From assembly GCA_964645535.1 (NCBI GenBank), contig CAZYCQ010000018.1, positions 33,603 to 50,248 of the forward strand: a DNA stretch of 16,646 nt, given 5' to 3'. Within the stretch, counting starts at the first letter, position 1. Every line of letters begins with the position of its first letter. A program made the translations under genes and the position numbers. Below the pieces are notes generated by a model. That model was not told the DNA's origin and ran no database searches. It saw only the letters and a program-made list of their open reading frames with translations. The DNA is from an uncultured archaeon (GTDB taxonomy: Archaea > Asgardarchaeota > Heimdallarchaeia > Heimdallarchaeales > Kariarchaeaceae). Of the stretch, positions 1-7,545 are shown in pieces.

Positions 1-30
1 GGGAAAGGCGTCACGCTGTATTACGATTAC

Positions 31-84
31 GGTCATAGAGCCGGTGTGCACCCAGAAACATTCCGAACCTGGATAAGAAAGCAA
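31..84 (+). other. 5S rRNA-like segment covering only loop A, helix II and helix III/loop C; not a complete 5S gene
   Basis: GGTCATAG (31-38), CACCC (49-53) and CATTCCGAAC (59-68) match the most conserved archaeal 5S blocks, as I remember them, in the right order and spacing. CCAG 52-55 can pair with CTGG 69-72 (helix III). AGCCGGTG 39-46 pairs at 6 of 8 positions with CAACTGTT 82-89 (helix II). No convincing helix I, helix IV/V or loop E follows, and a T7 run sits at 96-102. Positions 1-141 are also open in + frame 1 (46 codons, stop TGA 139-141), and a minus-strand ATG at 93 is open to the window edge, so the coding status of 1-149 is unresolved. Confidence 0.3.
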
Positions 85-149
85 CTGTTGCATTATTTTT
101 TTGCGCCTTATCAGAGCTTTCTAAAACCCGAAATTCATTGAATTAATGT

Positions 150-944
150 ATGTCAATGAACCGATTCTGGGGAATAGTATATAGTATGGTCGATCGATCT
201 GATGTGGTACTTGAAGTTGTTGATGCCAGATTCCCTTCTATATGTCGTAGTTCAAGATTGGAAGAATATGTTCTTTCCCAAGATCATTGCAATTTGGTAA
301 TTTGCCTTAACAAAACTGACCTCATCTCACGAGATTTGCTTGATCGCTGGCTCAAATGGTTTGCCGACCAAGATTTCATCGCTACGGGAGTGTCCGCTGC
401 AAAACGATTGGGGACATCCCGCATTCGACAGGTTCTCCTGAGGGCATCCAAACGAAAAACAGCTGTAGTTGCGGTAGTAGGTTTTCCAAATACCGGCAAA
501 AGCTCCTTAATCAATACCCTTCGAGGAAAAGCCGCAGCAGGGGTAGCTCCAATTCCGGGCAAAACACGGGGTGAGCAAAAAATAAAGGTCAGCAATTCAT
601 TGTTTATGTTTGACACTCCCGGCATTATTCCTGCCCAGCTTCCTGAAAAGCACCGTATCCTTCTAGGACTTGATCCTATCACAAAGCTTGAAGATCCTGA
701 ACATGCGGCTATGCTTCTCTTTTCCCAAGCAGAAGAACTTAATCCTGGTGCCGTCACTAGGTATTATGGAATAGAAGCCAATGCAGATGACTTTTTGGAA
801 AATTTGGCACGAGCAAGAAATAAGCTCCTGAAAGGGAATCGTCCTGATGAGCGGGCTGCCGCTCTTATTTTCCTCTCAGACCATGTTCGTGGCGTTCTGC
901 CGATCTATGAAGACCCCACAAGACCATTGAGGTTAAGCCGATAG
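150..944 (+). CDS. Circularly permuted GTPase, YlqF/YawG family (RbgA/Lsg1-like ribosome-biogenesis GTPase)
   Basis: The 264-aa ORF has its G motifs in permuted order. G4 LNKTD comes first, then G1 GFPNTGKS, G2 PGKTR and G3 DTPG. The N-terminal DVVLEVVDARFP block is typical of this family. The start could be ATG 150 or ATG 156. Confidence 0.9.
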   Translation: MSMNRFWGIVYSMVDRSDVVLEVVDARFPSICRSSRLEEYVLSQDHCNLVICLNKTDLISRDLLDRWLKWFADQDFIATGVSAAKRLGTSRIRQVLLRASKRKTAVVAVVGFPNTGKSSLINTLRGKAAAGVAPIPGKTRGEQKIKVSNSLFMFDTPGIIPAQLPEKHRILLGLDPITKLEDPEHAAMLLFSQAEELNPGAVTRYYGIEANADDFLENLARARNKLLKGNRPDERAAALIFLSDHVRGVLPIYEDPTRPLRLSR

Positions 945-1071
945 GTTGAACGTTGGACGAATTTCGGACATGCTGTTTTGGGCTGTAAATTCCCTGAGTA
1001 TTGGTCTTTCAAACAAACATCAAAAAAAGTTGAACCTAAACTTGACTACAGTTTTTCTGGTATTCGATTGG

Positions 1072-1096
1072 TTTAAATGTGTGATTTGAAATGTGT
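1072..1096 (+). promoter_or_regulatory. TATA-like TTTAAAT plus a tandem AAATGTGT direct repeat upstream of the AbrB-domain gene
   Basis: TTTAAAT lies at 1072-1078. AAATGTGT occurs at 1075-1082 and again at 1089-1096 (14-nt period), 26-47 nt upstream of ATG 1122. Statistical support is weak because it is a single 8-mer pair. Confidence 0.3.
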
Positions 1097-1121
1097 TCCT
1101 AAGAGGCAGGCGAACAAATCG

Positions 1122-2027
1122 ATGGTGGCACATGGACATAAGGTAAGTAACAAGGGACAAATTGTTGTTCCTGCAAAATACCGAAAACGTTTGGATATTC
1201 ATCCCCAAGATAAAATGAATTTTCGCATCCGAGGACATTTTCTCATCGTTGAGAAAGCAAGGGAAACTACGAAAAACATCAACTATCTGAGGGAAAAGAA
1301 AGGAAAACTAGGTGAAGAATTTCTCAGTCCCGATGAACTTGAAGATATTATCAGGGATTTGCTTTACCAACAATTCTATAGGGGTAACAACTATGTCACT
1401 GATCGTGTTGGCAGGTCTGAATACAAAGTCCTAGGTGCCCAAGCAATTTTGGATGAAGTTGTTGAAGTATTCAAAGAAGGTTCCGAACCTTGGTTGCATG
1501 GGGACTATGTGGAAACATTGAGACATTTTGCTGAAGATCTTGACCTTGATTTCCCCACCCTCCTAGAAGAATTTGTGAAAAAAATGAAAAACTTAGAGGT
1601 CATGGGGCCTATAACCGATAAAGACGGTGCCTCAATAGTTTATGCCTTGGCAATTGGTGAAACCTTGAGTGAATTCAGGACACGCGTCGGCGATATGGTC
1701 ACTGAAAATCTGATCAAAGAAGCAGAAGTTGTAAAGAGTGAGCTTGAAAATTCAGAAGACCCCAATATCAAAGTGGAGAATTATTCCGCCGAAGAGCTAG
1801 AGGATATAATCACGCAGAAACTGGCGGACAAGTATTCAATCCTCATGAATCTTCGTGTCCTTAAGGAACTTGCCAAAGTTTCGCTAAAATCAATAGGCCA
1901 ACGTCAATACAAGAAAATCAGTGAAGAACTCTTTAAATCTATATTCCTCCATGAAGAACCGAAAGAACCTCCCAAAGCAACGAATTTCCAAATCCCCAGC
2001 ATCCCCTCCTTCGAGCCTTATGAGTGA
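1122..2027 (+). CDS. AbrB/SpoVT-domain DNA-binding protein with a ~250-aa acidic helical C-terminal region (possibly PhoU-like)
   Basis: The N-terminus MVAHGHKVSNKGQIVVPAKYRKRLDIHPQDKMNFRIRGHFLIVEK fits the SpoVT/AbrB swapped-hairpin signature (G-x-[IV]-x-[IV]-P-x-x-x-R-x-x-L). The C-terminal part carries two copies of S-x-[DE]-E-L-E-D-I-I (nt 1326-1364 and 1785-1823). The tracked ORF starts at 1077, but the AbrB domain begins right at ATG 1122. Confidence 0.75.
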   Translation: MVAHGHKVSNKGQIVVPAKYRKRLDIHPQDKMNFRIRGHFLIVEKARETTKNINYLREKKGKLGEEFLSPDELEDIIRDLLYQQFYRGNNYVTDRVGRSEYKVLGAQAILDEVVEVFKEGSEPWLHGDYVETLRHFAEDLDLDFPTLLEEFVKKMKNLEVMGPITDKDGASIVYALAIGETLSEFRTRVGDMVTENLIKEAEVVKSELENSEDPNIKVENYSAEELEDIITQKLADKYSILMNLRVLKELAKVSLKSIGQRQYKKISEELFKSIFLHEEPKEPPKATNFQIPSIPSFEPYE

Positions 2028-2066
2028 ATTTGTTCAAATCTCGAAAAAGTCTAAATTTCGTTCAAC

Positions 2067-2978
2067 ATGAAAGATAAAGTATTTTATACTGAAAGAATAT
2101 TTTGGTGTAGAGAAGGGGAAATTATGGCCTTGGCGACTGGAATGAAAAATACTCTTGAGGGAGCTAGCGAAAAATTGATCTTCGCCATGCAACAGGCTAA
2201 AAATGCACTTATTTTCCCCACTTCATCCTTGCAAGACCCTATCCCATCAACCAACGCTGCTGGACAAAAACAAATCCGTGCTGATGTGGTGGCCGAAGAG
2301 GTTTTTTTTCAACATCTTCTTGCTTTTGGGCTGAATGGAACTCTTTATTCCGAAGAATCCGGTATCCGAATTTTTGGTGATCCTGATGCAGAAGACGCCC
2401 TGATTTTGTTGCTTGATCCACTTGATGGATCCAAGAATTATCAAAAAGGAAAGAAAGTGGGATGTATCTCTCTTGCATTTGGATCGGCAACTTCTAATCC
2501 TACTTTGGCGGATCTCCATGGTGGAATCGTTCTCAATCTTTATGATGATGAAATTTACACTGCAATTCGGGGTCGAGGCGTCAGGAAAAACGGACTCCCT
2601 TATACCCACCCCCTTCCTCAAGAATCCAACAACAAAATTAACATTTATTCCTATGACAAACGGGTCAAGCGGTTTTTAAAGCTCTTCAATGGACAGTATA
2701 CTTTCAAATCTCTTGGCAGTGTCGCTTGGGAATTGGTACTTGCCATCACCCGAAATATTGACATGTTTCTTGATTTGAGGGGCAAAGTCAAGGTTCATGA
2801 CTTCGCAGCAAGCAAGCTCATTGCAGAAGAAGCTGGTTGCCATTTCAGGATTATAGGTGACTTTGTAGATTCACAAATCCCGATTGACAACTTTAGCAAG
2901 GGATATAGTATTGCTGCATCATGTGACGAAGAACTCATGAATTCCTTCATCTCAGACATTCTCCGTCTTTCAGGCTAA
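2067..2978 (+). CDS. Inositol monophosphatase / fructose-1,6-bisphosphatase family phosphatase (SuhB-like)
   Basis: It has the metal-binding YSEESG, the LLLDPLDGSKN motif (D-P-x-D-G-[ST]) and VHDFAASKLIAEEAGC, which is the W-D-x-A-A-G type motif with H in place of W. An alternative, perhaps better, start is ATG 2124 (MALATGMK...), preceded by GAAGGGG. Confidence 0.85.
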   Translation: MKDKVFYTERIFWCREGEIMALATGMKNTLEGASEKLIFAMQQAKNALIFPTSSLQDPIPSTNAAGQKQIRADVVAEEVFFQHLLAFGLNGTLYSEESGIRIFGDPDAEDALILLLDPLDGSKNYQKGKKVGCISLAFGSATSNPTLADLHGGIVLNLYDDEIYTAIRGRGVRKNGLPYTHPLPQESNNKINIYSYDKRVKRFLKLFNGQYTFKSLGSVAWELVLAITRNIDMFLDLRGKVKVHDFAASKLIAEEAGCHFRIIGDFVDSQIPIDNFSKGYSIAASCDEELMNSFISDILRLSG

Positions 2979-3014
2979 CCCAAAGTTTTTCAAACCCATC
3001 TCCTCTTCAAAATC

Positions 3015-3899
3015 ATGATCAACGTCCCTGTTTTAATAATTGTCTCACAAACTGACCTAGCAGGAATGAACATGTTGGATACATTGCTTAGATTGGATAC
3101 ATATTCTGAAGTTGAATTTTCAATTCCTGATTCATGGAAAGGGGACAATTATAGGCTTCTGAAGAATCAAAGGGGCACCAAGGGTATTCTGCTGATCCCT
3201 CATTCCCAAATTCATACTGACTATCTCAAAGGGCATATCTCTACAAACCTCCTGATCTTTGCATCCAAACACAGCTCTAAGGCAGGAATGAAGGCAGTTT
3301 TGGTTCATACCACAGGAAACTGGTCTGATCCTTGGCAAGACAGCGGATCGCCACGAACGCTCGCAATTGCTCCTGCCTTTGCCATCTACGAAGGCTACCA
3401 TTCACTAAAAAGACATCTTGGACATTCGTCGCTTACTGATTATTGGGTGGGAATGGAATGCACACATCACGGTCCTACTGATCTTGATGTCCCTGTCCTC
3501 TATATGGAGTGCGGGGGAACAGAAACGGAATGGAAAGATACTGACGCAACTGCCGTTGTTGGGCACGCAATTGATGATGTGGCCAATACATTCATCGATC
3601 CTCCTGAAGAAACACTCAAGGCTGCAATAGGTATTGGTGGCGGTCATTACTGCCCTGCATTTGTCAAGAGGCTTGATGCACGAATGTTCTATATGGGACA
3701 TGTTGCCCCAAAGCATGTCCATAATGATTTGGATGAGGAAATGATTATACAAGCCTGGAACCGGACTCAAGCAAAAGAAAGGTTTTTCCTTATTGATCGA
3801 AAGGGAACCAGGGGACCTGTTCGAAGGATGATAATTGATGTCTGTGAAAAACACGGTTTTCCATGGGCTTATACCACTGATTTTCCCACTTCAAAATAG
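3015..3899 (+). CDS. dtdA: D-aminoacyl-tRNA deacylase, archaeal DTD2 type
   Basis: The blocks SKHSSKAGMKAVLVHTTGNW, ECTHHGPTDLDVPVLYMECGGTETEW and IGIGGGHYCPAF match the DTD2 (tRNA_deacylase) conserved blocks as I recall them. Its length of 294 aa fits the family. Confidence 0.75.
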   Translation: MINVPVLIIVSQTDLAGMNMLDTLLRLDTYSEVEFSIPDSWKGDNYRLLKNQRGTKGILLIPHSQIHTDYLKGHISTNLLIFASKHSSKAGMKAVLVHTTGNWSDPWQDSGSPRTLAIAPAFAIYEGYHSLKRHLGHSSLTDYWVGMECTHHGPTDLDVPVLYMECGGTETEWKDTDATAVVGHAIDDVANTFIDPPEETLKAAIGIGGGHYCPAFVKRLDARMFYMGHVAPKHVHNDLDEEMIIQAWNRTQAKERFFLIDRKGTRGPVRRMIIDVCEKHGFPWAYTTDFPTSK

Positions 3900-3957
3900 A
3901 TTGGGAACAACGTTATTGAACGAATCGTTAAAAAACAATGAACCCCTACAGCAGTAT

Positions 3958-4218
3958 ATGGCAGAGATCAAAATCTACAAGGTTTCAGGTTTTTACCGCA
4001 AAAACAAAAGGAAAATCCCCTTGACCATGGAGATTCGGGCAACCAAGGAATCCGAAGTTCTCGAAAAGGTTTATGCAGAAATTGGAAGTCGACATGGTGC
4101 AAAAAGAAATGAGATTTTCATACCGAAAGATGGAGGAATTCAGATAATTGATGATATTTCTGAGGTTAGAAATCCTGAATTCCGAGATATTGATGCAGAG
4201 GATTTCTACATCCCTTGA
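3958..4218 (+). CDS. rpl18a: Large-subunit ribosomal protein LX (eL20 / L18Ae)
   Basis: This is an 86-aa protein, MAEIKIYKVSGFYRKNKRKIPLTMEIRATKESEVLEKVYAEIGSRHGAKRNEI... Size and pattern are typical of archaeal LX. The tracked ORF (3835) extends upstream into dtdA, so the internal ATG 3958 is used. Confidence 0.85.
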   Translation: MAEIKIYKVSGFYRKNKRKIPLTMEIRATKESEVLEKVYAEIGSRHGAKRNEIFIPKDGGIQIIDDISEVRNPEFRDIDAEDFYIP

Positions 4219-4231
4219 GATGGTGAACTAA

Positions 4232-4675
4232 TTGAGCAGTCCGGATCCCCAACAACTTATGCAATTGCAGCAATACGGTCAACAATTGGAGAGCGAAATC
4301 AAGGCTCTCGAAGAACAGCGTCTGCAAGCAGAAACTCTCAAATCAGATCTCACAAAGACAGGTGCAACTCTTAGAGGACTTAAGGATCCCGATAATGAAC
4401 AGGAAATCCTGATCCCAATTGGCAGTGGTGTCTATATCCAAGGAAAAATCACCAATTGGCAGAAAATCCTCGTGAATGTTGGTGCAGGAACAATTGTTCC
4501 GAAGTCTTTGGATGATGCAATCAAACTTGTTGAAGAACAAACCACCAACTACCAAAAACTCATTCAAGAGATAAGCTCGGAAATCCAGAAAAAGGTCAAC
4601 GAAATTCAAGCAGTACAGGCCAAACTCCAAGAACTTCAAAGTGGAAACTGGGGAGTCGCTCCAGGAAACATCTGA
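4232..4675 (+). CDS. pfdA: Prefoldin alpha subunit
   Basis: The layout is coiled coil, two beta-hairpins (EILIPIGSGVYIQGKI and ILVNVGAGTIVPKSLDDAIKLVEE), then coiled coil, which is the alpha-class architecture. The TTG start at 4232 is preceded by GGTGA at 4222-4226. An alternative ATG lies at 4259. Confidence 0.85.
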   Translation: MSSPDPQQLMQLQQYGQQLESEIKALEEQRLQAETLKSDLTKTGATLRGLKDPDNEQEILIPIGSGVYIQGKITNWQKILVNVGAGTIVPKSLDDAIKLVEEQTTNYQKLIQEISSEIQKKVNEIQAVQAKLQELQSGNWGVAPGNI

Positions 4676-4681
4676 TGGAAT

Positions 4682-5938
4682 ATGCAAACCGCTTCAGTCA
4701 TCACCTACGGATGTACCCACAATCAAAAGGATTCTCAATTGATTGAAGCCCAACTCCTCAAAGGAGGTTATAAACTGGTTTCTGAAGATCAGGCTGAAAT
4801 CGTAGTGGTCAATACTTGCACTGTCAAAAGCCCAACAGAAAATAAGATTATGAGAAAATTACAGGATCTTCAAGGGAAGAAAAAGGTCGTAGTAACTGGA
4901 TGTTTGAGCCAAGCGAATCCAGACCTGATCAAGAGTAGATTCCCAAATTACATTGTCATGGGTGTCAATGCTGCTAAATTTATTCTCCCTGCTCTTCGAT
5001 CTGATAATCTTCTCCCCCTAACCCAGGAAATTCCATTCAATAAACCGTTGTTGGAAAGCACCCAATGGAACCCCTACCTGAACATCGTCCAAATCAATGA
5101 AGGATGTTTGAATTCTTGCACTTTCTGTGCAACCAAACAGGCACGAGGACGTCTTCATTCCTTTCCACGAGCCAGTATAATTGAAGCTATCCGCAGCAAT
5201 CCTACGCCTGAGGTTTGGTTGACCAGTCAAGATACAGGATGTTGGGGGTTTGACATTAACGACAACCTTGCAAATCTATTGAATGATATCGATAAGATCC
5301 GCAGGAAATTCTATCTGAGGGTAGGAATGGGCAATCCAAACAATTTCATAAAAATCCTAGATGAGATTGTTGAGGCCTATCATTCCCCAAAGGTCTATAA
5401 GTTCCTCCATCTTCCCGTTCAAGCAGGAAGCAACGCAGTTCTCAGACATATGAGGAGGGGATACACCGTCGAAGAATATGAAACCATTGTGGAGGCATTC
5501 CGAAAGGAATTCCCTCAACTCACTCTTTCAACTGATGTCATCTGCGGCTATCCCACAGAAACAGAAGAAGACTTTATTGAAACCTTACGAACCATTGAAA
5601 AGACAAGACCAAACATCACTAATATCAGCAGGTTTTGGGAAAGAAAAGGAACACCTGCCGCCGACCTTCCTCAACTTCCTCATGAGATTCGTAAGGAACG
5701 GGCGCGAAGAGTGGCGGAACTGACAACTTCCATTCAATTGGCAGACAATGAAAAATGGGTTGGATGGAGTGGAGAGGTTTTGATAACTGAAAAGGGATCT
5801 AAAGGCGGCATGGTGGGCAGAAACCTTCATTATAAACCCATTGTTATCAATGCACCTGACACCCTTCTCGGGACATTTCAGACGGTAAGAATTACAAAGG
5901 CCGAGACAACCTTTTTCTATGGTGAACTCTTGCACTAA
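4682..5938 (+). CDS. Archaeal MiaB-like radical-SAM tRNA methylthiotransferase (MtaB/CDKAL1-type, ms2t6A37)
   Basis: It has the UPF0004 N-domain cysteines (TYGCTHNQ, VNTCTV, VTGCL) and the radical-SAM CxxxCxxC motif in EGCLNSCTFCATKQARG. The C-terminus is TRAM-like (GEVLITEKG...VRITKAE). It starts 6 nt after the pfdA stop. Confidence 0.9.
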   Translation: MQTASVITYGCTHNQKDSQLIEAQLLKGGYKLVSEDQAEIVVVNTCTVKSPTENKIMRKLQDLQGKKKVVVTGCLSQANPDLIKSRFPNYIVMGVNAAKFILPALRSDNLLPLTQEIPFNKPLLESTQWNPYLNIVQINEGCLNSCTFCATKQARGRLHSFPRASIIEAIRSNPTPEVWLTSQDTGCWGFDINDNLANLLNDIDKIRRKFYLRVGMGNPNNFIKILDEIVEAYHSPKVYKFLHLPVQAGSNAVLRHMRRGYTVEEYETIVEAFRKEFPQLTLSTDVICGYPTETEEDFIETLRTIEKTRPNITNISRFWERKGTPAADLPQLPHEIRKERARRVAELTTSIQLADNEKWVGWSGEVLITEKGSKGGMVGRNLHYKPIVINAPDTLLGTFQTVRITKAETTFFYGELLH

Positions 5939-5940
5939 TG

Positions 5941-7446
5941 TCATAATTCCATAAACTTGACATCCACCCCATCCACATCTATTTTTAAATCCATAAAACT
6001 TTTTACCAAATCCTGAAGGAGAGTATCCATGTTTTCCTCCTCAACCCTATCCGCGAATTCCTTAAGATTTCTTAGAACTTCCTCATCATGAAAATTGAGA
6101 AACGCAACAGCTGTGAAATCTCCACTTTTGCTTAAGGCTACCTTAACTCCCTTTTCAAGTTCTATTGGTTTTGGATTTTCTACAGAGATGGTCGGAAGGA
6201 TTTTTTTTATCTCCCTACGAATGTTTTCATCAACACCTTTCTCTTGGAGAACCTCATCTTTCTCAAGAACCATGTATCCCTGTACTCGTTCTCGATTGAA
6301 AAATGGATCCGGTGTTCTTAGTGCCGTTACCAAGGCAATCAGCATTAGGAAAATTGAAATGACTGATAGGTTTGTTGCTGTAAACGGAAAAGAAATGGCC
6401 AATAGCCCTCCCAAATAATCGATTATTAAAATCAATGCCCATGATATCCCCATAAGATGCCATCTTGATGGAGAAATTTCATCAGATAATTTAAGTGTAA
6501 TAAACAGGAGTATCGCATAATATCCTGCAATTTCAAAGGAGGCAACAAGTTGGGGATTCCCATGGAAGTACGAAAGTATTTGGGAGGTGGTATTCAATGT
6601 TATTGCTCCCACAATTATTATTGTTCGACCAGTCTTATCTGATAAGAACCCCAATAGCAGAAGAAATGGAATGGTAAAGAGATATGCCAATGCCCTGCTC
6701 GTTTCTTGAGTGCCGATGGAATTTTGTACCAAGACTCCATGCGCCATTCCACTTCCCATCAAAAAAAGAGCAGATGCCAATACGGAATTTCTTATTTTCG
6801 GAACCTTCTCAAAATTAAATGAGATGTGATTTCTCTCCCCTAAAAAGTCTATTCCATGTTGCTCAAATGCCGTCCATCCTTGGTTTGTCAGGTAAATGAA
6901 GACTGGAACAAATGAAAGGGTGAATGCCAAAACAATAATGGTGGTTATCCTGATGCCTTGAAATTCAACCTGCTCCACACCCAAATAAATTGAAATTGCT
7001 CCTACAGTTAAGGAAATGATGGCTGCAATTGCTGTCAGCAATCCTCTTTTCCGATAGAATGAAATCCTAGATAATGCCTTTGTGCCTTCCGTGAAAAGGA
7101 AAATTGAAGTGAAATTGAATGAAGGAATAACAAGCCACAAAAACACCCTTGTATTCAATGTTTCTTGAGCAATAAATATGGTCCCAATAAAGAGGAAACT
7201 AGATACTCCTGAGATCAAAAAAAATGAAGTTAGGGATAATTGCCTATAAAACCTGAACCCTAGCCAAATAAATGAAAACAAGATGGTTGAAAAGACAAGA
7301 CTGACAAAAAATAAATCCAATGGGATTCCCACCGCAAGAAATCTAAGAATCACGCCTCCTCCGATGGAAGAATCAAAGATGAAACCAAAACAGAGCACTC
7401 CTATTAATGTCAACCCTATTCGTTGCATCTGCATTTCATTGGACAT
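5941..7446 (-). CDS. MFS-like 12-TM membrane protein with a soluble 125-aa C-terminal domain (Roadblock/LC7-like?)
   Basis: TM segments are arranged 6+6 around a hydrophilic central loop. The MFS motif-A-like LLLGFLSDKTGRTIII lies between TM8 and TM9. The soluble tail is encoded at 5944-6318. The maximal ORF reaches 7533, which would leave 12 bp to the divergent TPR gene. ATG 7446 (MSNEMQMQRIGL...) leaves 99 bp and has TAATAAA about 25 nt upstream on the minus strand. Confidence 0.7.
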   Translation of the reverse strand: MSNEMQMQRIGLTLIGVLCFGFIFDSSIGGGVILRFLAVGIPLDLFFVSLVFSTILFSFIWLGFRFYRQLSLTSFFLISGVSSFLFIGTIFIAQETLNTRVFLWLVIPSFNFTSIFLFTEGTKALSRISFYRKRGLLTAIAAIISLTVGAISIYLGVEQVEFQGIRITTIIVLAFTLSFVPVFIYLTNQGWTAFEQHGIDFLGERNHISFNFEKVPKIRNSVLASALFLMGSGMAHGVLVQNSIGTQETSRALAYLFTIPFLLLLGFLSDKTGRTIIIVGAITLNTTSQILSYFHGNPQLVASFEIAGYYAILLFITLKLSDEISPSRWHLMGISWALILIIDYLGGLLAISFPFTATNLSVISIFLMLIALVTALRTPDPFFNRERVQGYMVLEKDEVLQEKGVDENIRREIKKILPTISVENPKPIELEKGVKVALSKSGDFTAVAFLNFHDEEVLRNLKEFADRVEEENMDTLLQDLVKSFMDLKIDVDGVDVKFMEL

Positions 7447-7545
7447 TACATAACAATCCTGAGGGTGTTTATTACTTTGTTGGGTTTCCTCCTTTGTTTT
7501 ACTAAAAAACTTGAAATAATTGTTCAACGTCATTTAATCAACCAT

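Noticed and set aside
132-144. Perfect palindrome AATTCA-T-TGAATT just upstream of the GTPase start
   Set aside because: Palindromes with 6-bp arms are expected several times by chance in 16.6 kb of AT-rich DNA, and there is no second copy.
284-757. 157-aa minus-strand ORF and a 72-aa + ORF (356-574) overlapping the GTPase gene
   Set aside because: These are shadow or alternative frames of a CDS with clear G-motifs, and they have no motifs of their own.
3835-3957. Upstream extension of the LX ORF overlapping the 3' end of dtdA
   Set aside because: The LX homology starts at MAEIKIYKV (ATG 3958), and the extension has no LX-like sequence.
7423-7545. N-terminal extensions that make the TPR ORF (from 7423) and the minus-strand membrane ORF (to 7533) overlap by 111 nt
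   Set aside because: Mutual overlap of divergent 5' ends is implausible. The internal ATGs 7546 and 7446 give sensible N-termini and a 99-bp shared promoter region.
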